DNA from: Bacteroidota bacterium
GTDB lineage: Bacteria > Bacteroidota > Bacteroidia > Sphingobacteriales > Sphingobacteriaceae
DNA length: 64,000 nt
Direction: 5' to 3'
Assembly: GCA_040388175.1 (NCBI GenBank)
Contig: JAZKCG010000004.1
Location: 45,160-109,159 of the forward strand
Below the pieces are notes generated by a model, which worked only from the letters and a program-made list of their open reading frames with translations, searched no databases and was not told the DNA's origin. Position numbers and translations under genes: made by a program. Of the stretch, positions 1 to 9,536 are shown in pieces (the stretch's first letter is position 1; every line of letters begins with the position of its first letter).

Positions 1-992
1 GCAGCCTTATCCTTACCCAATCCCGGGCCTATGCTAATGGCAGAGAATTTCTTCCAGTCTATTTCGGGCAACGCGTCACCTTTTCTTACAATCGCCATTA
101 TTTCGGGCGAATAAGTATTTAATGCGGCAAGTCCGCTTTCGGGCACACACGCCGTAGTTAAACCAGAACCAGCATACGCGCATCCGGCACTACTTAACAA
201 TGCCGCTCCCATAGTTTCAGGCTGCCCGGCTATGATCAACCCATGCCCATAGGTGCTTTTGTTACTAAATTTGTGTCGTGGCTTTAATATCTCTTTAACA
301 TCTTTTTCCTCAACAAACTGGTAGGGTGATGCTAACGACTTAATAAAACCTTCATTAAGGCCGATATTCACCACTTCCCAACATTTAATATGTGGTGCAG
401 ATTCAGGCAATAAAAAATTAAGCTTGGGTTGCTGGAAAGTAATAACCAGGTCGGCTTTTATAACAGTCGCCTCGCTGTCCATTTCGCCGTCTGCAAAAAA
501 ACCGGTAGGCACATCAACAGCAACTACGGTTCTATGCAGGTTGTTAATATAGTCGGCCAGTTTTTTATAATCGCCGTGCAGCGATTTATTTAAGCCACTG
601 CCTAATAAAGCGTCAATAATGATATCGCTATCGTCTGCGGGGAAATCAGCACCGGGCTTAAGCTCATATGCCGTTATCCCTTTCTGACCCAGCCTTTGCA
701 GATTACTATTAAAGTCGCCAGTACTCTTTTCAGAAAATCGTGCTACGTTAATTTTAATATTAAGGTATTTATGCTCGTATAGCATACGCGCTATCGCCAA
801 CCCATCGCCCCCGTTATTTCCTGTTCCGCAATAAACAGCTATAGCCTGCTTCTTATCCGGGAAATGATTAATGAACCAGCCAACAAAAGCTTTTGAAGCC
901 CGCTCCATCAAATCGACAGAACTTATGGGTTCATGAGCAATGGTGTAAGTATCCGCTTCGCGGATCTGTTGTGCGGTTAGTAGTGGCAGCAT
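1..992 (-). CDS. nnr: Bifunctional NAD(P)H-hydrate epimerase/dehydratase (YjeF/Nnr), 3' end beyond the window edge
   Basis: Manual translation from the ATG at 992 gives MLPLLTAQQIREADTYTIAHEPISSVDLMERASKAF...YCGTGNNGGDGLAIAR..., followed by IDALLGSG, AVDVPTG, KYSHKSTYGHGLIIAG and AIGPGLG motifs. It is absent from the ORF track because it has no stop in the window. Confidence 0.92.
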   Translation of the reverse strand, partial: MLPLLTAQQIREADTYTIAHEPISSVDLMERASKAFVGWFINHFPDKKQAIAVYCGTGNNGGDGLAIARMLYEHKYLNIKINVARFSEKSTGDFNSNLQRLGQKGITAYELKPGADFPADDSDIIIDALLGSGLNKSLHGDYKKLADYINNLHRTVVAVDVPTGFFADGEMDSEATVIKADLVITFQQPKLNFLLPESAPHIKCWEVVNIGLNEGFIKSLASPYQFVEEKDVKEILKPRHKFSNKSTYGHGLIIAGQPETMGAALLSSAGCAYAGSGLTTACVPESGLAALNTYSPEIMAIVRKGDALPEIDWKKFSAISIGPGLGKDKA

Positions 993-1064
993 AGGGTATA
1001 AATTTAAACTTTATACCTTTTGTTTTATAATACTTCTAAATTTGACCTTGAGCTTACGCTAAAA

Positions 1065-1481
1065 ATGAGAAAATTATTGCTATTCGTATCTATCGTTTGT
1101 ATAAGCTGTGCGCCTAAATCGTCGACCATAGCAATACATATCAACCTGGTCAACAATAACCAATCCCTTAAAATAGCAGGCATCGACCCTGTAATTTTAA
1201 ATGACATTAACCGCGACACTTTAAAAAACTGGCAAAGCTTGTTCGCTATTTATCGCCTTCCGGCAGATACAGACATGAAAGATTATCAACCTATACAACC
1301 TGGAAAATACCTGCTTAAAGACAGCGCGCTGGTATTTACACCCGATACCCCTTTTATCAAACAACAAAGCTATTTTGTGCGCTATTATAACTATGCCGAT
1401 AATACTACTATCTGGGATTACCTAAGGCATAAAACCACTAAGGGGCAATTACATTATACCGATTTGATTTTTAAGCCATAA
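1065..1481 (+). CDS. Hypothetical lipoprotein
   Basis: ORF 1020..1481. The ATG at 1065 gives MRKLLLFVSIVCISC, a lipobox-like signal. Confidence 0.7.
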   Translation: MRKLLLFVSIVCISCAPKSSTIAIHINLVNNNQSLKIAGIDPVILNDINRDTLKNWQSLFAIYRLPADTDMKDYQPIQPGKYLLKDSALVFTPDTPFIKQQSYFVRYYNYADNTTIWDYLRHKTTKGQLHYTDLIFKP

Positions 1482-1508
1482 ACCCATTGCAAAATGGATA
1501 ATATTTAC

Positions 1509-1516
1509 TATATTTG
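1509..1516 (+). promoter_or_regulatory. Bacteroidota sigma-70-type -7 element (TAnnTTTG) upstream of rimP
   Basis: TATATTTG lies ~100 nt upstream of the rimP start. Confidence 0.65.
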
Positions 1517-1530
1517 CATCCAAATTAAGA

Positions 1531-1557
1531 AAGAGGGGGCCATTTGCCCCCTCTTTT
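1531..1557 (+). promoter_or_regulatory. rimP leader hairpin (attenuator/terminator-like)
   Basis: A 10-bp perfect stem, AAGAGGGGGC/GCCCCCTCTT, with a short U run lies between the promoter and rimP. Its position matches rimP-leader motifs known in other bacteria. Confidence 0.6.
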
Positions 1558-1559
1558 AG

Positions 1560-1583
1560 TTTACCTCCCGATAGCTATCGGGA
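1560..1583. repeat. REP-like palindrome TCCCGATAGCTATCGGGA, copy 1
   Basis: An 18-bp perfect palindrome sits within 24 nt identical to 60087-60110. Confidence 0.8.
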
Positions 1584-1614
1584 CATTCTGCCGGTGGCGG
1601 AAGGGGGAGCGAAT

Positions 1615-2085
1615 ATGAATATCGAAAAAAGAGTTATTGAACTAGTTGAAGAAAAGATTGCCGAAATAGGGCGTCCGGATCTGTTTTTAGTAAGTGCAAA
1701 ATTGCACAGTAACGGAAAACTGATTATACTGGTTGATGGTGATAATGGCATAGGTATTGCCGAGTGCGTGCAAATAAGCCGTTATGTAGGCTTTAAACTG
1801 GAGGAAGAAGATGTTATTAAAACACCTTATAACCTGGAAGTTTCATCGCCGGGTATTGATACACCGTTAACCTTAACCAGGCAGTACACCAAAAATATTG
1901 GGCGCGACCTGGCCATAAAAATGGCCGACGGCGCTAAAAGAGAGGGTAAGTTAACAGCTATCACACCAGATGCCGTTACTATTGAAGAGAAAATAAAAGA
2001 AAAAGGGAAAAAGGCCGAAATTATTGAAAGCATTATCCCGGTTGAGCAAATAACAGAAACAAAGGTTTTAATATCATTTAAGTAA
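1615..2085 (+). CDS. rimP: Ribosome maturation factor RimP
   Basis: Contains the YNLEVSSPGIDTPL motif and lies upstream of nusA-infB. The likely start is the ATG at 1615. Confidence 0.93.
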   Translation: MNIEKRVIELVEEKIAEIGRPDLFLVSAKLHSNGKLIILVDGDNGIGIAECVQISRYVGFKLEEEDVIKTPYNLEVSSPGIDTPLTLTRQYTKNIGRDLAIKMADGAKREGKLTAITPDAVTIEEKIKEKGKKAEIIESIIPVEQITETKVLISFK

Positions 2086-2167
2086 GAAACCATCATGAGC
2101 AGCCAAATAAAAATCAAAGCTCATGATAGCTTCATTACCTTAAAGAAACTAATAATTTCAATGAAAA

Positions 2168-3403
2168 ATGAGCAATATTAATTTAATTGATTCTTTCCAG
2201 GAATTCAAAGATTTTAAAAACATCGATCGTCCAACGATGATGAGCGTGCTGGAAGACGTTTTCAGGAGCATGATCCGTAAAAAATACGGAACTGATGAAA
2301 ACTGCGACGTAATTGTGAATACAGACAATGGCGATTTGGAAATATGGCGCACACGCGTGGTTATGGAAGATGGCTTTAGTGAGGATGATGATTTGGAGAT
2401 TGAACTGGCAGAAGCAAAATTACTGGATGCAGATCTTGAAGTGGGTGATGATTATGTTGAGCTGATCACCTTAGAAAGCTTTGGCCGTCGTGCTATATTA
2501 GCTGCACGCCAGACATTAGTATCTAAAATTTTAGAATTAGAGAAAGACGAGATCTTCAAAAAATACAAAGACCGCGTTGGCGAGATTGTTACCGGCGAGG
2601 TTTACCAGGTTTGGAAAAAAGAAACTTTGGTTTTGGATGATGAAGGAAACGAACTTTTATTACCAAAAACAGAGCAGATCCCTGCTGACTACTTTAAAAA
2701 AGGCGATAGCGTTAAAGCTATTGTTTACAAGGTAGATATGCTGAACGCTAACCCTAAGATCATTATATCACGTACTGCACCAGAATTCTTACAACGTTTG
2801 TTCGAACTGGAAGTACCTGAGATATTTGATGGTTTGATCACGATCAAAAAGATCGTTCGTGAACCGGGCGAAAGAGCGAAAGTAGCAGTTGAATCATACG
2901 ACGACCGTATTGATCCCGTTGGTGCCTGCGTGGGTATGAAAGGATCACGTATACACGGTATCGTTCGCGAATTAAAGAACGAAAATATTGATGTTATAAA
3001 CTATACCAACAATATTCAGTTATATATACAACGTGCATTATCGCCGGCTAAGATCACTTCTATTAAATTAGATGACGAGAAAAAAACAGCCGCGGTATAT
3101 TTAAAACCAGACCAGGTGTCGTTAGCAATTGGTCGTGGTGGTCATAATATTAAACTGGCAGGTAAGTTAACCGGCTATGAAATTGATGTTTACCGTGAGG
3201 CCGATGAGCATGACGAAGATGTTGATATTGAAGAATTTTCTGACGAAATTGAGAGCTGGATTCTTGACGAATTTAAACGTATTGGTCTTGACACAGCAAA
3301 ATCAGTTTTGGCGTTAACTGTAGGCGAATTGGTAAAACGTACCGACTTAGAGGAAGAAACAGTAAAAGAAGTGCTATCAATATTACAAGCAGAATTTGAA
3401 TAA
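2168..3403 (+). CDS. nusA: Transcription termination/antitermination factor NusA
   Basis: S1 and KH motifs (REPGERAKVAV, GACVGMKGSRI, LAIGRGGHN); synteny with rimP and infB. Confidence 0.98.
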   Translation: MSNINLIDSFQEFKDFKNIDRPTMMSVLEDVFRSMIRKKYGTDENCDVIVNTDNGDLEIWRTRVVMEDGFSEDDDLEIELAEAKLLDADLEVGDDYVELITLESFGRRAILAARQTLVSKILELEKDEIFKKYKDRVGEIVTGEVYQVWKKETLVLDDEGNELLLPKTEQIPADYFKKGDSVKAIVYKVDMLNANPKIIISRTAPEFLQRLFELEVPEIFDGLITIKKIVREPGERAKVAVESYDDRIDPVGACVGMKGSRIHGIVRELKNENIDVINYTNNIQLYIQRALSPAKITSIKLDDEKKTAAVYLKPDQVSLAIGRGGHNIKLAGKLTGYEIDVYREADEHDEDVDIEEFSDEIESWILDEFKRIGLDTAKSVLALTVGELVKRTDLEEETVKEVLSILQAEFE

Positions 3404-3427
3404 AAACAATAAGCAAAATTAAAATCG

Positions 3428-3435
3428 TATTTTTG
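3428..3435 (+). promoter_or_regulatory. Internal TAnnTTTG promoter element for infB
   Basis: TATTTTTG lies ~30 nt upstream of the infB ATG. Confidence 0.55.
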
Positions 3436-3465
3436 CATTATTAAGCAGGAAAGAAAAAGCAATAA

Positions 3466-6400
3466 ATGTCAGAAGACAAGTCTATAAAATTAATTAAAGC
3501 AGTAAAAGAACTGAACATTGGTATGGGTACCATTGTTGATTTCTTAGCTTCCAAAGGTTTCAAAGTTGAAAAACAACCAATGGCAAAGCTGGATAACGAC
3601 ATGTACAATACCTTGTTAAAAGAGTTTGCTGTTGACAAAAGTATTAAGGAAGAAGCCAAGCAGATCAGTATCGGTAAGATACGTAAAGAAGAGCCTGTGG
3701 CCACTCCTGATAAGCCGATAGAGACCCGCCGTTCAAGAGATTTCGAAAACGAAGAGATCCTGATCAAGAACGCCGGTAACTTTACTGCCCCGGCAACAGC
3801 TCCGGTTGAAAAACCGAAGCAAGAGCCTGCTCCTGAACCTGTGAAGGCAGAGGAAAGCAATAACGACAGCAATGATTCGCTTCCGGGTGTAAAAATTGTA
3901 GGGAAAATAGACCTTAACAATTTAAATGCGAAACCGGCCGAAAAGGTAAAAGAGGAAGCTCCGAAACCTGAGCCTGTTGCAGCGCCTAAAGAAGAACCAA
4001 AGGCTGAGGTAAAAGCACAGGAACCGCCAAAGGTGGAAGTTCCTGAAGTAAAAAAAGAAGTTGTACCTGAACCGCCAAAAGCTGAAGTTCCTGAAGTAAA
4101 AGCACCGGTTGCTGTTGCTCCGAAAGCACCTGCTGTTATTACACCTGTTACTGTAACACCTGCTGCCACTGCCGATCCTGCAAACGAAGAAGGTGGCGAC
4201 AATGAGGTAATAAGAGCTAAAGCAGAGCGCTTAAGCGGGCCCAACATTATTGGTAAGATAACTTTACCGGTTGTGCCAAAACGCAACCCGGTAGCATCGT
4301 CGTCAAACACCAACGCCGACCATAAACGCAAACGTAAGCGTAAAGATGGCCCCGGACAAGGACAACAAGGTGGCGGCAACCCTAATAACAATCAACAAGG
4401 CACTAACCCTGCCGGTGGCAATGCACCGCAAGGCGGCAACAATGCCGGTGGCGGAAACAGAGGCGGTGGTGGCTATCAAGGCAATCGCCCTAATAATACA
4501 GGTGGCGGTGGTTACCAGGGCAATCGCCCTAATAACAACTTTAACCGTAATGCCCCGGCAAGCGGCCCTAAAGAAGAACCATCAGAAAAAGATATACAAG
4601 ATCAAATCAAGGCAACACTTGCCCGTTTAAGCGGCGCTGGTAAGTCTGGTAAATTTGCTCAGCGTGCTAAGTTCCGTCGTCAAAAACGTGACGATGTAGC
4701 TGCCAATGCCGATGAACTGGCAATGGAGCAGGATGCACAATCAAAAGTATTAAAGGTTACAGAGTTTGTTACGGCTAACGAGTTAGCTATAATGATGGAT
4801 GTATCTGTTACGCAGATCATCTCAACCTGTATGAGCCTTGGTATGTTCGTATCCATCAACCAGCGTTTGGATGCCGAAACCCTAAGCATTGTTGCTGATG
4901 AGTTTGGTTACCAGGTTGAATTTGTAAAACCACAGGATGAAGAGTTTATCTTAGATCAACCGGACGCTCCGGAAGATCTGATCCCACGTGCACCGATTGT
5001 GACCATAATGGGCCACGTAGATCATGGTAAAACATCGTTGTTGGATTTTATCCGCAAAACCAACGTAATAGGTGGTGAAGCAGGTGGTATAACCCAGCAC
5101 ATTGGTGCTTACGAAGTAACTTTACCTGATAACAAAGGAAAAATAACATTCCTGGATACACCGGGCCACGAAGCGTTTACCGCTATGCGTGCCAGGGGTG
5201 CACAGGTTACAGATATTGTAATTATTGTTATTGCTGCTGATGATAGCGTGATGCCACAAACCCGCGAGGCCATAAACCACGCGCAGGCTGCAGGTGCACC
5301 AATTATCTTCGCGTTCAATAAAATTGATCGCCCGGGTGCTAACGCCGATAAGGTGCGTGAGCAACTATCAGCCATGAATATTTTGGTTGAAGAGTGGGGT
5401 GGTAAATATCAAACACAAGAAATTTCGGCAAAAACAGGTTTAAATATCGAGTTGCTGTTAGAGAAAGTATTGTTAGAAGCCGAGTTGCTTGAACTTAAAG
5501 CTAACCCTAATAAACGTGCCGTAGGTACTGTTATTGAGGCTGCTTTAGATAAAGGCCGTGGTATTGTTACCACTATTCTGGTACAAGCCGGACGCCTGAA
5601 AGTAGGCGACCCGATATTAGCCGGTTGTTATAGTGGTCGTGTTAAGGCATTGACCAACGAGCGTGGCCAAAGGGTTGAATCTGCAGGGCCATCAACACCG
5701 GTACAGGTGTTAGGTATGCAGGGCGCACCTACTGCCGGTGATAAATTTAACGTGTTAGAGACTGAGGTTGAAGCACGCGAAATTGCCAACAAACGTTTAC
5801 AATTACAACGCGAGCAAGGCTTACGTACACAGAAACATATCACACTTGATGAGATCGGCCGTCGTTTGGCAGTTGGTAACTTTAAAGAGTTGAACATTAT
5901 TGTTAAAGGTGACGTGGATGGTTCTATCGAAGCTTTATCAGATTCATTATTGAAACTATCAACCGAGCAGATCCAGGTTAACGTGATCTCTAAGGCAGTG
6001 GGTCAGATCTCTGAGTCGGACGTATTATTAGCTTCTGCTTCTGATGCGATCATCATTGGTTTCCAGGTACGCCCATCAGGTGGTGCCCGTAAACTGGCCG
6101 AGGCTGAGCAAATTGACATAAGGCTTTACTCGATCATCTACGACGCAATCAACGAGATCAAAGCGGCAATGGAAGGTATGTTGGCACCAACATTCGAAGA
6201 GAAGATTGTTGCAAACGTTGAGATCCGCGAGACATTCAAGATCAGCAAAGTTGGTACCATTGCAGGTTGTATGGTGTTAGACGGCAAGATAACTCGTAAC
6301 AGCAAGATCCGTATCGTTCGCGAAGGCGTGGTGATCTACACCGGCGAACTGGCTTCGTTAAAACGTTTCAAAGACGATGTGAAAGAAGTATCGGCCAACT

Positions 6401-6495
6401 ACGAGTGCGGTCTTAACATCCAAAACTTTAACAACATTGAAGTAGGCGACATTGTTGAAGCTTACGAAAACGTAGAAGTTAAACGTAAACTGTAA
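3466..6495 (+). CDS. infB: Translation initiation factor IF-2
   Basis: G-domain motifs [18 protein letters not shown] and NKID; long low-complexity N-terminus. Confidence 0.99.
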   Translation: MSEDKSIKLIKAVKELNIGMGTIVDFLASKGFKVEKQPMAKLDNDMYNTLLKEFAVDKSIKEEAKQISIGKIRKEEPVATPDKPIETRRSRDFENEEILIKNAGNFTAPATAPVEKPKQEPAPEPVKAEESNNDSNDSLPGVKIVGKIDLNNLNAKPAEKVKEEAPKPEPVAAPKEEPKAEVKAQEPPKVEVPEVKKEVVPEPPKAEVPEVKAPVAVAPKAPAVITPVTVTPAATADPANEEGGDNEVIRAKAERLSGPNIIGKITLPVVPKRNPVASSSNTNADHKRKRKRKDGPGQGQQGGGNPNNNQQGTNPAGGNAPQGGNNAGGGNRGGGGYQGNRPNNTGGGGYQGNRPNNNFNRNAPASGPKEEPSEKDIQDQIKATLARLSGAGKSGKFAQRAKFRRQKRDDVAANADELAMEQDAQSKVLKVTEFVTANELAIMMDVSVTQIISTCMSLGMFVSINQRLDAETLSIVADEFGYQVEFVKPQDEEFILDQPDAPEDLIPRAPIVTIMGHVDHGKTSLLDFIRKTNVIGGEAGGITQHIGAYEVTLPDNKGKITFLDTPGHEAFTAMRARGAQVTDIVIIVIAADDSVMPQTREAINHAQAAGAPIIFAFNKIDRPGANADKVREQLSAMNILVEEWGGKYQTQEISAKTGLNIELLLEKVLLEAELLELKANPNKRAVGTVIEAALDKGRGIVTTILVQAGRLKVGDPILAGCYSGRVKALTNERGQRVESAGPSTPVQVLGMQGAPTAGDKFNVLETEVEAREIANKRLQLQREQGLRTQKHITLDEIGRRLAVGNFKELNIIVKGDVDGSIEALSDSLLKLSTEQIQVNVISKAVGQISESDVLLASASDAIIIGFQVRPSGGARKLAEAEQIDIRLYSIIYDAINEIKAAMEGMLAPTFEEKIVANVEIRETFKISKVGTIAGCMVLDGKITRNSKIRIVREGVVIYTGELASLKRFKDDVKEVSANYECGLNIQNFNNIEVGDIVEAYENVEVKRKL

Positions 6496-6511
6496 TAACT
6501 ATTGCAAAAAC

Positions 6512-6546
6512 AAAAAAGGCTCATCGATAATCGATGAGCCTTTTTT
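6512..6546 (+). terminator. Intrinsic terminator after infB (bidirectional with the convergent ALDH gene)
   Basis: AAAAAAGGCTCATCGA-TAA-TCGATGAGCCTTTTTT. Confidence 0.9.
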
Positions 6547-6558
6547 GTTTTATTTCTA

Positions 6559-6580
6559 CCGCGTCATTGCAATGACGCGG
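6559..6580. repeat. 22-bp perfect palindrome; collapsed form of the GTCATTGCGAG...CTCGCAATGAC repeat family
   Basis: CCGCGTCATTGCAATGACGCGG carries the same outer ends as the elements at 56813 and 59957. Confidence 0.65.
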
Positions 6581-6591
6581 TTGTTTTATAT

Positions 6592-8214
6592 TTACAATAT
6601 AAACTTCGTACTCAAAAAGTTCGACGAATTATCATTCACGATCTCATTCAAAATATGCTTATTGCTTTCATTCAACTTAGTAGCCACCAATGACCGTATA
6701 GAGAACGACCGTAACGCGTCATGCACAGAAAGCGTACCCTCCGCGCTATCCTTACGGCCGGTAAACGGGAACACATCCGGACCACGCTGGCATTGACTGT
6801 TTACATTCACCCGGCTCACCAAATTCACAAAGGGGTCGATTAGCGACGCGATCTCATCCGCATCATTACTAAATATACTCACCTGCTGGCCATGCGGCGA
6901 ATCGATCTGATAGGCTATCGGCTCCTCGATATCCTCAAAAGGTACTACCGGTATAATCGGACCAAACTGCTCTTCACGAAACAACTTCATTTTGTCATTT
7001 ACCGGGTATAAAATAGCCGGATACACAAACGAAGCCACGCTTGCGCCACCGTTCTCATTGATCACCTTTGCACCGTTCGCCACCGCGTCGGCAATGGTTT
7101 CTTTAAGGAAATCGGGTTTATGCGGTTCTGGGAGCGGGGTTAGTTTAACATCCTTATCCCAGGGCAAGCCAAACGGTAATTTAGGGATAGCCTCGCTTAA
7201 CAGCTTCAAAAATTCATCAGCCACATCTTTATGTACGTAGATGATCTTGATAGCGGTACAACGCTGACCGTTAAAAGATAACGACCCTAAAATACATTCG
7301 CTTACTGCCAGTTTCAGATCAGCATTTTTAGTGATGATGGCCAGGTTCTTGGCATCTAAACTTAATACTGCCCTTAAACGGTTTATTTTAGGATGACGCT
7401 TTTTAAGATCATTAGCTACTTTGCTTGAACCAATAAACGCCAGTACATTAATATTACCCGTTGCCATCAAACCCGGCGTAACAGTAGCACCCCGGCCATA
7501 AACCGTATTTACCACGCCTTTAGGGAATGATTCCTGAAAAGCTTTTAGTAACGGATAATGTAATAGCGTACCATGTTTAGGTGGTTTAAAAAGCATGGTG
7601 TTGCCCATGATAAGGGCAGGTATCAACGTAGTAAAGGTTTCGTTAAGCGGATAATTGAACGGCCCCATACATAACACTACACCCAATGGCGAGCGCCGTG
7701 CTTGCGCCACAACCCCCTCGGCTATCTCAAACCTTGATGATTGCCTGTCGATATCTTTCAGCGCGTCTATAGTAGCATTGATATATTCAATGGTACGGTC
7801 AAACTCTTTGGCCGAGTCGGCATATGATTTACCGATCTCCCACATGATCAGTTTAACAACAATGCTGCGTTGTTCGCCCATTTTAAAAATGAAGCGCTCA
7901 AGGCATTTTATACGCCCGTCAACGCTCATGGTGGGCCATTCGCCCCTGCCGTTATCATAAGCGGCTATAGCCGCGTCAAGGGCTTCGTTTGCCTCCTTTT
8001 CGGTGCATACCGGGTAGGTACCAATAAATTTTCGGGTTAAACCATCGGGGCCGGGAATGCAGACCGGCGAATACACTTCGCTAACGGGACCGTTCCATGG
8101 TTTCATTTCGCCATTGCAAAGATATTCGCGCTGGTGTATCTCTTCTATCCTGAATTCTTCCGGTATCCGGTTTTCTTCAACGAAGATCGATTGGAGCTGT
8201 TCTTCAAAACTCAT
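6592..8214 (-). CDS. gapN: Aldehyde dehydrogenase family protein, GapN-like (non-phosphorylating NADP-GAPDH)
   Basis: Motifs GPFNYPLN, FKPP, FIGSS, catalytic NGQRCTA, EEQFGP and PFTGRKDS. Substrate specificity is inferred. Confidence 0.75.
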   Translation of the reverse strand: MSFEEQLQSIFVEENRIPEEFRIEEIHQREYLCNGEMKPWNGPVSEVYSPVCIPGPDGLTRKFIGTYPVCTEKEANEALDAAIAAYDNGRGEWPTMSVDGRIKCLERFIFKMGEQRSIVVKLIMWEIGKSYADSAKEFDRTIEYINATIDALKDIDRQSSRFEIAEGVVAQARRSPLGVVLCMGPFNYPLNETFTTLIPALIMGNTMLFKPPKHGTLLHYPLLKAFQESFPKGVVNTVYGRGATVTPGLMATGNINVLAFIGSSKVANDLKKRHPKINRLRAVLSLDAKNLAIITKNADLKLAVSECILGSLSFNGQRCTAIKIIYVHKDVADEFLKLLSEAIPKLPFGLPWDKDVKLTPLPEPHKPDFLKETIADAVANGAKVINENGGASVASFVYPAILYPVNDKMKLFREEQFGPIIPVVPFEDIEEPIAYQIDSPHGQQVSIFSNDADEIASLIDPFVNLVSRVNVNSQCQRGPDVFPFTGRKDSAEGTLSVHDALRSFSIRSLVATKLNESNKHILNEIVNDNSSNFLSTKFIL

Positions 8215-8350
8215 AATTTACAAATTGGTTGTTTGATATAACAAGTATAGGGATAAAAGTCATATAAGCAAAAAGATAGTGTAAAAAATACACTATCTTT
8301 CAAATAAAATATTATTATCTAATTGAAAATCAGAACAATAAAATCATAAA

Positions 8351-9025
8351 CTATAAGATAATTTCTTCGCCAATAGCAGGCAGTTTGATATTTATCCCCG
8401 CTTTCACAAACTTTTCTACCGCTTCATTCTTATCAATAACAATAACCGGGAAAGTATCATAATGCACCCCTATAACGTTCTTACAGTTAATAAAACCGGT
8501 AGCTTTTATAGCGTCATCTACGCCCATGGTATAATTATCGCCAATGGGTAAGAAGGCCCAGTCCAGGTTCTCATCTTCCAGTAGTTTCATATCATAGGTA
8601 AGCGCGGTATCACCTGCGTAATAGATCTTTTTACCTTCCGAGTAAAGCACAAATCCGGCAGGATTACCACCTGATGAACCGTCAGGCATGGTGCTGGAGT
8701 GTACCGCATTAACCATTTTTACACGGCCAAAATCAAAGTTAAATCCGCCGCCAATATTCATACCATGCGCTTCAATTCCCTGGTTACCTAACCAATTGGC
8801 TATCTCTGCAATGCAGATCACTTTTGCACCGCTGCTTTTCTGGATAGCCACCAAATCGGCCACATGATCACCATGCCCGTGCGATACCAGGATATAATCA
8901 GGTTTAAGGCTATGGATGTCAATATGTTTAGCAGCAGGATTAGGCGTAATAAAAGGATCGAACAAAAGTTTTTTTCCTTCGGTCTCGATCATGATGGTCG
9001 ATTGTCCGTAATAGGTAGCTTTCAT
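8351..9025 (-). CDS. Metal-dependent hydrolase, metallo-beta-lactamase fold (UPF0173-like)
   Basis: HGHGDH motif, plus AVHSS, YYAGDT, LPIGDNYTM and VHYDTF. Confidence 0.9.
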   Translation of the reverse strand: MKATYYGQSTIMIETEGKKLLFDPFITPNPAAKHIDIHSLKPDYILVSHGHGDHVADLVAIQKSSGAKVICIAEIANWLGNQGIEAHGMNIGGGFNFDFGRVKMVNAVHSSTMPDGSSGGNPAGFVLYSEGKKIYYAGDTALTYDMKLLEDENLDWAFLPIGDNYTMGVDDAIKATGFINCKNVIGVHYDTFPVIVIDKNEAVEKFVKAGINIKLPAIGEEIIL

Positions 9026-9041
9026 GACTATGATATTTAAT

Positions 9042-9190
9042 AAGCCCCTCCCAAACCCTCCCCGGTAGGGAGGGCTTCAAAAAAGAACCGTCAATTTAAA
9101 AATAAAAAGTCTCCCCTACCGGGGGAGATTATTCACAATTTAATTTTATTTAAACGGCGTTCATGAGGGCTGCGCCGTTTAGAGGGGGCT
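9042..9190. repeat. REP-like inverted doublet (CCCTCCCCGGTAGGGAGGG family), second unit interrupted by ~48 nt
   Basis: Unit 9042-9077 is the reverse complement of 9107-9130 joined to 9179-9190. Confidence 0.7.
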
Positions 9191-9191
9191 G

Positions 9192-9497
9192 TTACTTGCC
9201 AAACATCCCGCCCATACCACCAAACATATCTTTGGTAACGGCGGCCATTTCGCTTTGGCTAACATTGTCGGCCTGCTCCACGGCTTTGTTAATGGCGATG
9301 GTCAGCAACTCTTCCAGCTCTTCTTTATCGGCCCCTTTAAAAAACTCCGGATCAATATTTACCGACTGGATAATTTTATTGCCCGTAGCGGTAACGCTTA
9401 TTTTTCCGCCTTCTGCCGTACCGGTAACAGTAATAGCATCCAGTCTTTGTTTTACTTCGCCAGCCTTTTGCTGAACTTCAAATAGTTTATCGAACAT
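9192..9497 (-). CDS. YbaB/EbfC family nucleoid-associated protein
   Basis: TGTAEGGKISVTATGNK...IDP...ELEELLTIAINKA pattern; 101 aa. Confidence 0.88.
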   Translation of the reverse strand: MFDKLFEVQQKAGEVKQRLDAITVTGTAEGGKISVTATGNKIIQSVNIDPEFFKGADKEELEELLTIAINKAVEQADNVSQSEMAAVTKDMFGGMGGMFGK

Positions 9498-9536
9498 GTT
9501 AACTCCTTTATCTTTTTATAGAACAGTATTTACAGC

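Noticed and set aside
3441-4391. 316-aa antisense ORF over the infB N-terminus
   Set aside because: It is a shadow of the Pro/Ala/Glu/Lys-rich codons of infB and has no recognisable motifs.
9163-9474. 103-aa plus-strand ORF (MRAAPFRGG...)
   Set aside because: It starts inside a repeat and is antisense to the YbaB/EbfC gene.
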